A stretch of DNA of 64,000 nucleotides from Octopus vulgaris (lineage: Eukaryota), in assembly GCA_951406725.2 (NCBI GenBank), contig OX597815.1:69254001-69318000 (forward strand), written 5' to 3'. Below, one piece after another: positions 38,706-52,450 of this stretch (position 1 is its first letter; each line of letters starts with the position of its first letter). The notes beneath the pieces are model-generated. The model made no database searches. It worked only from the letters and a program-made list of their open reading frames with translations, and was not told the DNA's origin. Position numbers and translations under genes: made by a program.

Positions 38706-41700
38706 TGTTATATCTGTTAATAAACAAAATATTCATGAGCTACTTTTAAATAACTTAAAGCAGAAAAGATCTGTTTTATATAGATTTAATTTAAATTTAC
38801 CAAATCCTTCCACAATACTTGAAACACTCCAACTGTGTATATTAACAAAGTAACATGGACACAAGCATAGATTTGTTGCTAAAAAGTGCATTTCCCAACA
38901 ATGAAGTCTTGAATTCAGTCCTACTGTGCAGCATGTTCTATTTTGGGTCAACCAAAATCTTGTGAGTGGATTTAATAGAAGGAATCTGAAAGAAGCCTTT
39001 CAGGAGTGTGTGTATTTGTGTTTCTAAAAATTACAAGGCTACAAGCAGTGACATTGTTATTTCCTCTTCAAAAGTGTGTAGAATAGGAAATCCCTTACTA
39101 AGAAAAGAGGTGAGAATTAGCATCAGGAAAGGCATCCTCCTCCTCATTATTGTTTTAAATTTCACTTTTCTATGCTTGCATGGATCAGATGGAATTTGTC
39201 ACGGTAGATTTTTTTTTACAGGTAGATGCCCTTTCTGTTGCCAACACTTACCTGTTTCCAAGTAAGGTAATATTTCTCCTTAACCAAACATGTTTTTATG
39301 GCAGACAGGAAATGAATGAAATTACTTGTGATTGTGACACTTGCTTACAACCATCATGTGATGTCAAGACAAAAAAAGAGACACAAACTCACAGGTTTCT
39401 TTCGCCAAGCCCACTCACAAGGTTTTGGCCAGTGCAGGGCAATAGAAGATACTTGTCCAAGGTGCGACACAATGGGACTGAACCAAAACCATGTAGTTGG
39501 GAAGCAAACTACACAGATGCACAGCCACACCTGCACCTGTAAAACAATACTTTGATAAGGTATCCTCTAACTAATGCTAACATGGGAAAAGCCATAAAAA
39601 CTGAACAAACACTGCTTTTGGCTTAATCCTCTTTAACATTTTCTTTCTTTATTGACAAACATAAAGTTAATTATAAGAAAGTGACCAATCTCTCCTTTTG
39701 GGGGTAGAAGGAAGGAAAATTATGAGAAAGCAAATGATTTAAAGAAGCATAATTCTTAAGTTTAGATGACAGGAAAACAGAACAAATAGTGGTTATTTCA
39801 AATGAATTGCAACAAAGACAGTGTATTTCAGCAGGGATATGGAAACAAAAGGATCAAACATTTTGTAACCATATTTCTGTTAAAATATGCAGATTTTGTT
39901 TCAATTCGTTTAGAAAATAACAAAGAATTTAATAAAATTTTGTCATTATAAAGCTGGTGTTTAGAACATTAATTGACATGAAATTTTGATGGAAGATTTT
40001 AGTTTAGGTCACTTTAAAGCAGGAAGTTTGTATCATAGGATCAAGGGCGGTCGCAAACAGATTGGTATGATTAGGATTAAATACACACGGGGGGGGGGGG
40101 GACATACAACAGGTGTGAATACTTGCTATTCACATCAATGAAATGAAAATTCATTGTAATTTATCATTAAAAATTGGTAGATAATTAAACAAAAAAGTAA
40201 TGGAAACTAATCAATATATTGTATTTTTTTTACATTATATTGCTTTGTTTGATACTCCATATTTCTAGGCTAAATATTTTTAGAACTGGCCATTATTATC
40301 ATCATCATTATCATGTCAGACAAAATACTCAGTGGCATTTCTGGCTTTTTATGTTTGAGTTCATATCACCCTGAGGTCACCTTTGGCCAACCCTGGGGCT
40401 ATAGAAGACACTTGCCCAAAGTGACACACAGTATAACTCCACACAGCCATGACTGCACCTGCAAAACAATATCTAAATAATATATTCCCCTAACTCATGC
40501 TACCATGGAAAAACAAGAACAAACACTGCAATATTATATATCAAGTCCTAGGGTTGATGGAACTGACTAACCCCACTCCTGCTAAAATTGCTGGCCTTCT
40601 GCCATATTTTGAAGCATTATTTTTAATATTGCTATCAACCCAACTGCAAAATGAGGGGCATTTTAGTTTAACAAACAAAATACAGATTAAACAGAGCTGA
40701 TTTTTGCCAAAGACACTATGCAGTCACTTGAAAAATTGTGCTCTTACAGTCTTAGGAAAGGAAGGATAAATTAGATAATGTAGTGCTATATATATAATAC
40801 AAAAAGATGAGATGGTCAAAGTGGGAATACTTCTTATCAAATGTAACTGATCAGGGACTGATCTAGATACAACATTAACACTACAATATATGTGACATGC
40901 TTCGATATCAGTCTGTGTGACCAGTAGTCTAGCACCTTAACTGCAGAGACATAGTATTTCTTACACATAAAAAAAAGTATCCAGTCAAATGAATCTGGGT
41001 TATTACTTAAAATGCTGTCCCAGGATACCCACAATTCAATATCTAAGACAAGTAAAAGATAAAAAGCCGATGATGTCTCCACAAGACCATTTTGGAAACT
41101 TTATCAATAGTACGTTACCAAACAAATAAGAAATAAATAACTTAGAAAAACTTGAAGTATGATTTAGTAATGCAATGTCTTAACATGTGAACATGTAAAC
41201 TTAATACCATTTACAATCAAACTTCCTATAGGTTTATTAATTGCTGACGCATTAGACATTTTCCTAGTCAATATGAGTCATTGCTGTCTCTCTCTCTCTC
41301 TCTTCCCTGCCCTCTATCTTAATTCTTTGTCAGCAGTGTAACTTGATATCTTAAGGGTAGAGCTATCCACTTTTTAAGACACCATCCACATCCACTGTAT
41401 AGCATACAATTTCACATAACACGTATATGTTTCATTCATATAAGAGTCTGTGATTGTTGGAATCCCAAAGAAAATATTACAACCACTCCTCAAACTATAA
41501 CTAGTTCCCTTTTGCTATTAATTACTAACCAAATCCAAAAACATTTCCATAAGAAATGACGATTAGCAATCTCACCAGCACAGAGACCCATCTCTGATTA
41601 GCGTAATAATCAAAGGCATTCCAGCCATGGCCACACTGTTTTACTTTTCAGCTGTCAAGAACTGCATTATCCAATATATCCTTTTCATTTTTCAAACTGT

Positions 41701-43827
41701 GGGGTGTATTTTGAGGGAGTTCTGGCAGCTAATTTCAATAGCTGAGCAAGGATGTAGGATCTCTCTTGTTTTGTCTGACTTGGATAAAACATTTAATACT
41801 TCTGTGCATCATTAAATAAGATTTTGTGAAAGCAGTCACTATTATTTTCAGTGTATCAATGTATCACAGTTATAACAAAATATCAACTAATTAGCTATAG
41901 CACATATGCAAAATTACATTGACATTAGTTTGTTCACACCTTCATTTAGCCATAAACTTCTACACACCTATTTCACCTAGCTTCTACACTACCCCCTAGA
42001 AGTTCAGTTTCTACTCCCACCCACCTCTGAATTTGTATAGCTTCTACACCCACTCCCAAGCCCACGTTACCTTCAATCCTTGCTATACTATGACTGTCTT
42101 ACAACACACAAAACTTCTCACTTCTACACCAGTGTAATAATTCAACTTCTGCACTAGTACCCTCTACTGAATCAACATACTTGACCTACCTTCTCTAAAT
42201 ACAGTTTTATTTTATAAATTCAGGCAAAAAGAAAAACTATGAGTTCAAGAATTTCTAAGAATTGAACATATAAATAAATATTAATGAAACTTGACAGAGC
42301 AATAAGAATGAAATAAAACACACCACCACTTCACATATTCCATTTAGCCAAAGCACCTCACACAGGTTAATAAAACTTCAGAAAAATTTGTAAAATGTTC
42401 AAGTAAATTTTGATTCATTAATGATGTAGTTTACTTAAATATCTGCACTTAAGTAACCCAAGTGTTTATATAATGGTTTAACACATCTGCACAAATTACT
42501 TTACTTTCTTACACAAATTTTCACTCTAACTTAAACAACTTCAAGTTCTGAAATTGAAAACGCTATAGTACAACCCTCCAGGGATTCACATGAAATTTGA
42601 ATTCTCCAAATGCTTTCAGCAAATCGAATTTGACAGCCATTAAAAGTTCCTGATGAAGAAGTTTCACTAAATATAATTAGATAAATAACAATAAAAACTA
42701 AAAAAAAAAGCAAAAAAAAAGCAAAAAAACAAAAAACAAACTAAAACACAGATAATGATTATACATATTTGCTTATAACATTGTTTGGAATAAACTTAAT
42801 GGGTTTTCAGTAGTAATTTAAGATGGCTTAGGCCATTATGCTTCGCTCAACACCAACAGTTTACAGTTAGTAACACTTGCAGCCTACAACCAGACCAAAT
42901 TAAAGCCAACATATAAACAGACATCAAACTAGAAAGCAACAATTAAATTATAGTAATATAATTTTAAAACTTTTAAACTGCTTATCAAAAAAGAGGAACA
43001 TAGATAAGTAAATAATTATCAATGCATTGTTCTAAAGTGGTTCCTTTTCTTTTCTTTTTTTTTTCAATTTTTAGTTTTATGAAACTAACTCTATTACCAT
43101 ATTTCAGTTGAAATACACTGCCTTTGTTTTAATTACTTTTGAAAATAATGGAGAATTTCGTTGAGTATTTAAGCTGGTGCTACGAACATAAATTAACATG
43201 AAATTTGGATGAAGATTTTAATTTTAAATCACTTTAAAGAAGGAAATTTGTATCAAAAGAGTTAAACATGTGTATCATTGAGAAGCAAATCTTTAATGCA
43301 TATTTGGCAAGAAATAAAGTATTTTTATACATCATCATCATTTAATTTTATCATCAGTGTTGGTATGGACTAAATGGTTTGACAGGATCCAATGAGCCAG
43401 AGGACTGAAATGGCTGCATGCCAACCATTTCAGAGTGTATTGTGTACATTCTTTTGTTATACCAGTACTAATAAAGACACTGAGTAATTTCTAAAAGAAA
43501 CTCACAGTATGGGTATCATTTAATCTCTTTAATTATTCTGTTGTTAATATCAAAGTCTTTTGCCATACTCCTGTGTTCATAGTCCTTTATACTGAGAGAA
43601 CTGAGATTAAAAGATGTTAAAGTTTCTAAATTACAATGGCTTCTTTGTTAACTCAGATACTGTTTGGGGACAGAGGGTGTTAAAAAGGACAAATAATAAT
43701 TAATTTTAAAACTACCATAAATTAAACAAGCATACTTCTAATTGAAAGATGTTAATAAGCATATCCAACAAAATGAACTACTGTATTTGAGGATGTAAGA
43801 TACACATTTTCTGTGAAGTTGGGCCTA

Positions 43828-44065
43828 CAGTCATGGCTGAAAGTTTGGAACATTTAGAAAAACAATTTAAATTGTTATGCCGAAGTACAATTCAATTCAA
43901 ATATATACAATGTATATATTTGGGCATTTAAAATAAAAATTCTAGTTTTCAGACCTATGTTCCAAACTTTTGGCCAAGTAATAATGTGTCACAAATATAA
44001 CTTTGGGCATTTAGTATAAAAATTTTAATTTTCAAACTTATGTTCCAAACTTTTGGCCACGACTG
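43828..44065. mobile_element. Tc1-like MITE with a duplicated right TIR
   Basis: TA|CAGTCATGGCTGAAAGTTTGGAACA ... TGTTCCAAACTTTTGGCCACGACTG; the right-end block is repeated at about 43919-43977. Confidence 0.7.
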
Positions 44066-44310
44066 CATATTACATGCTTTAATGCACTAAAAACTTTTTT
44101 TCCTGAATATGCAGAGTTGAAATTGGGATGCATCTAATATGCTTGTGTATCTTTTATGCTATAAAATATGATACAATTTTAAAATTAGGATTTTACAGGT
44201 TGTTAGCAATTTCAGGTCAGTATGTGTGGGCATTGAATTTATATTATAAAATGAAAACCACCATTTCCTCCATACCTATTTTTTCAAACCTTTTTTAATG
44301 TTTAGCTTTT

Positions 44311-44539
44311 TTAACTTTTTTGTTACCATCTTTCTGTTGAAACACTCCTTTTATTTCAATAAATTTTTGAAAATAATGAAGAATTTAGTTAAAAGACTTT
44401 GTCATTATTAAGCCAGTGTTTGGAACAGAATTTAACATGAAAATTTGATGGAAGGTTAAAATTTAGATCACTTTAAAATAGAAAGTTTGTAATTTAGAAC
44501 CAAGAGCAGTCTCGGGTGGGTTGGCATCAAAAGGTTTAA
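44311..44539. mobile_element. piggyBac-type MITE, family A (about 10 copies in the locus)
   Basis: TTAA-bounded ~230-bp unit (gttaccat.tttctgttgaaa...gaaaataatgaagaatttag...tttagatcactttaaa). Same orientation at about 21305-21735 (split by a SINE), 39860-40080, 43085-43265 and 45275-45485. Opposite orientation at 29324-29603, 33535-33702, 34020-34157, 39780-39855 and 51060-51255. Confidence 0.8.
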
Positions 44540-47500
44540 GCAAACTTCAACCGAAATACACTTCCATTATATATATATGATAGATAGAGAGAGAGAGAAA
44601 GAGAGGAGTATATAGCTGACAACAGAATTTACACAAACCTCAATAAGCTGAAATAGTTCATAGAACAGGTTCTAAAGTCTACTAATTTATCTATCTTTAC
44701 CAAATCACTTGGAACTGTTTGGCCTTCTGTTTCAAGTTGATAGGGTAGGTAAGAAAAAGAAGTTTCTTTTTTCCTGTTCTCTTTACTTGTATCAATCAAC
44801 AAGCATTAAGGAATATAGAGATACTAAATTAGCATTCAGGAATATAGATTAATAGTAAGACATGGATGTAGCTGTGAGGGTAAGAAGTTTGCTTCCCAAC
44901 CTATGGTTTTAGGCTCAATCCAACTGCATGGTACCTCGGACAAGTGTCTTATACTATAACCTCTGGCAAACTATAGTGAATGGATTTGTGTGTGTGCACA
45001 CACACACACATACATATGTAAATGTGATGTTTGTGCTCCCTTATCTTGACATCATGTGATGGTTGTAAAGAGGAGGGAGGAAATTAGTATTAAAGAATGT
45101 ACCAATGTAATAAGGAATATAGGGGTAATAAATCTCATCTTCACTAGACTTTGAAGTGAAATTAAGTGACCAGATTGTAACAATTTACACTAAAAATTGA
45201 TGAGATCAGTTACATTTCCATAATTTCATTTTGAAACAAAAACCCAAAATAAATATTTGGTAATGTTTTGTAACATTACCATTTTATCTTGCTTTTATCA
45301 TTAAACACACCTTGCCTTTGATCTTGTCAATTTTGAAAATGAAGAATTTGGTAGCTGTTATTAAGCTGGTGTTTGGATTTAAAGATGAAAGTTTGATGGT
45401 TAGTTTTAAAATTAAGCCCACTTTAAAACAGGAAGTTTATATTATAGAATCCGAGGTAGCTTCAGATGGGTTGGTAACAAAAAAGATAAATATATATACT
45501 TTCACAAGACTATACTGTATGATTTTCATAAACACACTTTTGTTATTAAATTCTGGACACCAACTTGGAACATCATATTTTAATGACCTCTTTACCTGTG
45601 TTTACATGGGTTGGATGGAGTTTATTGAGGGAGATTTTCTATGGCCAGATGCTCTTCCTTTTGCCAACACTCGACTAGCAAGGTAATAGTTTACCATAGC
45701 CAGACATAATCTTTCAGAATATTAGAAATGAATGACACTGCTTGTATGACAGTGACACTCATTTATAACTATCATGTGATGTCAAGACAAGGAGAAACGC
45801 ATACACACAAGACTTCTTTCTGCCTACCAAATCCACTCACAAGGTGTCACGCAGTGGAACTGGACCCCAAACCATGCAATCAAGAAGTAAACCATTATAT
45901 GTCTTTACACTAATAATAATAATAATTTATTTACATAATACATATATCTTCTTAATTTTTGTATGTGGGAAGTGATGTAAGTTATCTATGATGGACAAAA
46001 TGAAAAACGAAACTAGACTAATCTTGCAAGCCTAAATACATATCTATAAACATGATATCTGAATACACATTTATTCATAACACTGTTATTACTTTTGTTC
46101 TTGTATGTAGATCATAATTTTGAGACTGTATGGAAAGGAACTACTCCTTTTACATGTTATTATAACATTAAGTATAAATGTGATTGGAAAAAAGCTCTCC
46201 CTTTACCTTCCCTAACCAAGTATAATCAGACTACAGCAATTTCAATTAGAATTTCATAATAACTTGAAGAAGAAACAGAACCTTGTCAATGGACTGTAAA
46301 TTGACAATGAACTAGGAACCTTTGGGTTCTGATCTAGCCTTTGGAAAATGGCCTTATAATATGTAGAAATATATTTACTGCTAAACAAAATAATTAAAGA
46401 GGAAAAAATTATTTCAAATTAAAAAAATTAAATGGCAAAATTCTAAATATTTGTTTTGTTTTTCTACAATTTTACATCTGTTAAATGGTCTAAAACTCTT
46501 TTACATGAAAGAAAAGAGGAGGCAAAAATATTGTTTATTTGCAGACTTTTTTTTGGATGGCTGCTCAACCTGCTGAAGATAGCAACAAAAACTCTCACAA
46601 ATCACAGCTTTAAATAAAGGCTACAGCAAACAATACAGTTCCTGATATACAAAAGATGAGAATGTCACAAATGGAACACTATTTATCATTATTTTTTAAC
46701 TACAACAAAACCAAAGTTTATCTCAGGCCAATGTAGGTAGGTTTCATGTGAACTGTTAGTCATAGCAACCAAATTTTCCACACATCATACTCTGTTTTAA
46801 ATTAGGAATGGCTACATTAGAAAATGAAGTCCCATATATACAATATATATATGTGTGTGTGTAGTCCAACCCATGCCAGCATGGCTGTGTGGTTAAAAAG
46901 TTCACTTCCAACTATGTGGTTTTGGGTTCAGTCCCATTGCATGGCACCTTGAGCAAGTGTCTTCTGGTCTGGCGAAAGCCTTAACAGATTTATTAGATGG
47001 ACACTGAAAGAAGCCTGTTGCATGTGTGTGTGTGTGTGTGTGTCTACCTGTCTTAACATTGCACAATAGATGCAAACAAGTGTCCTTGTCATATAAATGG
47101 TGTAATTCATTTCCAGTTTTCCAAGTAAACATGTCTGGTTTAATGATTCATTTGAATAGCCGATACATAAACGCCTGTGTACACCTGAACCCCTCAACCT
47201 AGCATCCATCAGTGTATTGCAGTCCTTGGTAAACAATTCAACCCCAGTTCTTAAGTCTGGCACTTATTAAACAAACAAACACTGGTTGTGAAACGGTGAT
47301 GGGGGATGAACAAACACAAATGTATACATATTAGACTTCCTTATAATTTCTACCAACCAAATTCGCTAAGGAATTGTTAAGCCCAGGGCCATAAAAGAAG
47401 AGAATTAAGATGTTGCATAGTAGGACTGAACACAAAACCATTAGCTGCAAACCATGCAGCCATGCCTGCACCTAATACTTTTAAGAATCATTACATTTCA

Positions 47501-47771
47501 GTGAAAAAAGAAGAGAATTTAAAGTTAAATAACTACGAATAAACATTAAGTTTCTTGAAAATTTATCTGCAGTACAAGATACGATATTTTGGAGGGCTCT
47601 CTACTTCATTAAATGATGATTTTTATAAAAACAAACTCTAATAAACATGAAATAAAGCAGCTGCAAATTGCATTGAAACCCAATCAACATGAACAAAAAT
47701 GACTTCAACATTGAAAATATCGTTGTAAGCAGAATCAGAGAGACATATGTTAACTATAGAAAGTAAAACAA

Positions 47772-48222
47772 TCATCATCATCATCATTTAGCGTCCGTTT
47801 TCCATGCTAGCATGGGTTGGACGGTTCAACTGGGGTCTGGGGAGCCCGAAGGCTGCACCAGGCCAGTCAGATCTGGCAGTGTTTCTACAGCTGGATGCCC
47901 TTCCTAACGCCAACCACTCCGAGAGTGTAGTGGGTGATTTTATGTGCCACCGACACAGGTGCCAGACGAGGCTGGCGAACGGCCACGCTCGGATGGTGTT
48001 TTTATGTGCCACCGACACAGGTGCCAGACGAGGCTGGCAGACGGCCACGCTCGGATGGTGTTTTTATGTGCCACCGACACAGGTGCCAGATGAGGCTGGC
48101 GGACGGCCACGATCGGATGGTGTTTGTTACGTCCCCAAAGCACGGAGGCCAGTCTATGCGGTACTGGCTACGGCCACGTTCGGATGATTTTCTTGTGTGC
48201 CACCGGCACTGGTCCACAAAGA
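47772..48222 (-). mobile_element. Young retroelement 3' end with a (GAT)n tail and internal 62-bp tandem repeats
   Basis: tatgtgccaccgacacaggtgccaga starts at 47941, 48003 and 48065 (period 62), plus a diverged fourth unit. CpG-rich. The tail ccaacccatgctagcatggaaaacggacg is shared with 481-525 and many decayed copies. Confidence 0.8.
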
Positions 48223-48737
48223 TACAATGCTTATGAATAATAAATTATTATATTCAACTGAAATATATATATATATAAATATATGAGTGAACAAAGAGTG
48301 ATGGAAAGAAGGTACAATGGATCATTTTAGAAATCAGTCTTATTTTATTTCCTGTAGAAAATTAAAATTTGTTACACAATTTCAAATTGTGCATATTTTG
48401 TGCGTTTCTGTGTGTGTGTGTATATATTATATATATATTTATTTGAAGAGAAAGTGAGAAAGGGGAAAAAAAGAGGAAGAGAGTGGACACACATCCATAC
48501 CAAGATTTCAAACACATTAGAAAGAGAAATGAAACTCTCATAAAATACTCCATAATTAGAAATCTGAAATAGCTGAATAATGACCTTTAGAGTAGAAAAC
48601 AAGGTCATTTCTTTCTCTTATGCAACACAAAACTTGAAGATAGCAACACCATTCTTAGCTGCCAAATTAATGGACATTGAACATTACAGCAATATTGATT
48701 CTGCTGGTTTTTCTAGTCCTTGCCATTAAGTGGAGTG

Positions 48738-48781
<44 letters not shown>

Positions 48782-48965
48782 GTAGTAGGGTAGAAGAAAA
48801 GCTGTAGCAAAGATTACTACGCAAATTAAATTTGGAAAAAGGGAAATTTATTAAATCCTTCTTTACAATTGATGGAATCCATACAAAGAATTACTAGGAG
48901 CAGGAAGTTCATAAATAATGTTTCTTTACTCTTTAAAACTATTATTTTTACTAGGAAAACTTATT

Positions 48966-50040
48966 AACCCTTTCATTACTATATTTCTGCCCAAAATACA
49001 CCCCTTATGTGTTTCAATTAATTTCTAACATAATCATAAATTAAGTCTGGTTTCATTAAACAACTATAACTTTTTTATTTATCAATATATTAACGTGATT
49101 TTTGGAAGATAATTTAATGAAATGTTCTCAACCAATTCTATACTATAATTTTTGTCACAAAGTGACTCTAATTGCGATTAGATACAGGTAAATTCAACAA
49201 AATATAAAATTATTAAAATTTTGTTCAAACATCGCTATAGAAAATGGGTTATTAGCTAATATTCAATTGGGTATACAACAAAATTTTACGATAGAATTTG
49301 TTATTCTGGGTAACTTTCTGATACCCATAATAATATTTATGGCAAAATAGGCCTTAAATTTCATTTAAGGTTGTGGGAAACCACAAACTATCCTTTCTTT
49401 CGCTTTGTTTACATTTAGCGTGACGGTTCGTTTCCACCGTAATGATTTCAAATAGGCTCATTCGAAAAAGTAAAAAGAGATAGTCTAAGGCTTTACTCTT
49501 CTGGGAAAGTCTGTGGCTTGGTCCAGTTTCTTCAGAAAAATCACTGAAAGAAACAGTTTTTAAATTTTCACTCCATTCAGGTGCCAATTCATTTTCTTTA
49601 TTGCTGTTGGAGCTCTCGGATTCACTGTTTTCACTTTCGGAAAATGAAACATCAGATTCATTATCAAATACCACGTGCTTTTTTTTTTCAGTCATAGAGT
49701 TAGATTTATGAAGGTCTTCAGTAGAAAATCCTTCGAATTCTGACTCGCTGCTTGATATAATGAAATTCGTATCCATTTTTTGTCAGAATTACAAATTTTG
49801 AAAACACAATAGCAACAAATTTCGGAAAAAAATCTCCCAAAATTCACGGAATTAAAATTACACTTCGATTGTTGTACAAAACTGTAGTTGAACTGTTTAC
49901 GAAATATAATACGTGTTTTCACGAATGTACTAAAGAGATTTGCTCTGATATTCTCATTTAAGTATGAATAGCTAAATACGGACAGGTTTGGGCGGTTTGG
50001 TCACATTAACCAAAATTTTTTTTGGGCGGCTTTGGGCGGT
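48966..50040 (-). mobile_element. Internally deleted piggyBac transposon (PGBD4-like transposase N-terminus, pseudogene)
   Basis: TTAA|CCCTTTCATTAC end at 48966. ORF 49776-49354 has an acidic N-terminus and FSEETGP...ALDYLFLLF...IITVETNRHA...WFPTTLNEI. It continues after a 1-nt frameshift as KAYFAINIIMGIRKLPRI. The other end is cut by a SINE. Confidence 0.82.
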
Positions 50041-51899
50041 TGGTAAATTGGCAGAATCATTAGAGCATTAGAAAACATGCTTAGTGGCATTTTTTCTGGC
50101 TCTTACAACCCAAGTTCAAATACTGTCAAGAACAACTTTGCCTTTTGTCCTTTTCGAAGTTGATAAAATAAGAACCAGTCAAGTACTGAGGTTAATGCAA
50201 TCAACTAACTATGCTACACCTAACACTCTCCCCTCAAAATTGTTGGCCTTAGCCAAAATTTGAAACAGTTATTATTATTACTATTAACAACTGGTACTTA
50301 TTTCATAGAGTGCTCCAACTGGTAGTTGACAAAATAAGTACAGTAAGGTAGTGAGTTTACAGAATAGTTACTGTGCTGGGCAAAATACTTTGTGGTATTT
50401 ATTCTCTCTCTACATTCTGAGTTAAAATTGCCTTTCATCTTTTTAGGGTTGATGAAATAAGTACCAATTGAATACTGGGTGTTGATGTAATCTGACTAGC
50501 CTCCTGCCCCAATTTCAGGCCTTGTGCCTATAATACAGAGAAATATTATTATTATTATTATTATTATTTAGAACTGGTTTTGCAGGCCTCACAAAAAATG
50601 TCAAGTTGATCAGGTTTATTTTCAACTTGAACTCCTGGAGGAGAAACAAACATTAGAGAAAAGGTAAAAGAGACAGAAAGAAGAAATAGTGTTTGCACGG
50701 ACTATTGGTTGTAGTTGATTAGTAAAGCTTTGACAATCAGCCAGATGGTCTTACTTTGCTTGCTGTCTAGGATGCTGTATATTTAGCAGTTATATTGTGC
50801 CAAATATGTGTGCAGGACCCCAGTGTAAGTAACATGCACACTTTAAAGAAAACTAATATTAAACTGTTCAAGGCTGAAGTGCTCATCAAAGTTTGAGATG
50901 TAGGTTTGATAATGCTGTTGGTCATTTAAGATTATTATAGACCAATGAGGCTTAATGTTTGCTTAAAGTTGAAGGTTGTTAGCTATGTGTTATCACTGAG
51001 GAAGGTGTAATGTTTGGGAGATTTATATGTGCAGTGTGAAAAGAAATTAGTCTTTTTGATATGAACCAACCCAAGGCTGCCCTGAGTTAATGATACAAAT
51101 TTCATCTTTTAAAGTGATCTAAGAAAAACTTGCAACAAAATTTCATTTTAATTTTATGTTCCAAAAATTAGCTGTTATTTTACTAAACCCATGATTTTCA
51201 AAATGCAACAAAAGGCAGTGTATTTCAGCAGAAATATGGTGACAAAAAGTGTTAACTTGTCATATATATGCTGAAGGCTGTTTTCAAGGTCTTTGCTCAT
51301 GGAAGCTAAAAGTGCAGGGAAAGGTGGCATCATCTCCATGAAACATCATTATTGTATGAAACATAATCCTAAAGACACTCCAGAGATGACAGAATGTGGG
51401 ACAGAGTGAGCACCACTGGTAAATATTGTGAGGGAGAGATTTAATAGGAAACTTCAGATCCAAGACCAAAGGAATAGATGGGACACATAACCAGTACTGT
51501 TACATGACTCTTGTGTCAGACATAATCGAGGCCTTTGTTAATGTCTAAGGAAACAATATTGAGAGGAGATAGTGGTGTGCAATGTTGGATGGTAGATCAA
51601 AGTTTGGAAATTGTATTTGTGACTGCTGAGAAGGCAAAAAAACTTGAGGTGATAAAATTAGGTGGATGATTTTCATAACTGCTTCTTAATAAGTTAGTTG
51701 GACAGGGTCAGAAAAGTTACTCTTCTTGTGGGTGGGACACACTGTTGCACATATTCATGGATTGGTGATGTGGTGATAGGGTTTGTAGAGATAAAAAGAT
51801 TAAAGAATGCAATGGAAGTAAAGTACTAGCTGTAACAAGCAGTTTCATGATAATAGAAGGAACAATCTGAGGACCAGCTAGTTAGCCTTTCCAATACCA

Positions 51900-52450
51900 A
51901 CCTACCCAGGGTAGGAAACATGGTGACTTTTATCTGAAATTTGAGGTGCAAAAGAACTTACAAGTTACATGAGGTATAAAGCTTACAGGCCATGTGAGGT
52001 ACAAAGATATTTTCTTTCTTGGTAGTTTAACTTGCAATCAGCATTCTTTGGGAACTGCAGACTTATTTTGGAGTTGTGGACTTAGGGTGCATAAGAGTTG
52101 TAAAGTGACACACACACTTAGAGTGAGGATATCAGTCATTTACTTAAATGTCTTATGGGTGGCTGCCAAGGGTAGCTGATGTCAGTGAGGATGGTTTTAA
52201 GTAAGCATTGATCATGTGATTCAGTGGAGGGAAGAGATGGAAGAGACTTAAGTATGGCAAGATGCATACTGGGTTTAGAAGCAAGAATGATGTCACAAGT
52301 GTTTGGAGTTGGTGTGTCAGTCAGGGATACAAGTGAGTGAGGAGACTAGCTGATGTAGACTATTCAATTTCACACAATATTCGGTCACAGTATTAGTAGC
52401 AATGGGTGAAGGAAGAGTGCAAGCAAGCAATAAGAACAGTTATGTACTTT
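51900..52450 (-). mobile_element. Very degenerate APE-type LINE relic
   Basis: Minus-strand LHQLVSSLTCIPD-like segment resembles the QLVxxPTRIPD motif of CR1-group endonucleases; weak. Confidence 0.3.

Noticed and set aside
47938-48212. CRISPR-like periodicity
   Set aside because: Whole 62-bp units repeat with no unique spacers, there are no cas genes, and the context is eukaryotic.
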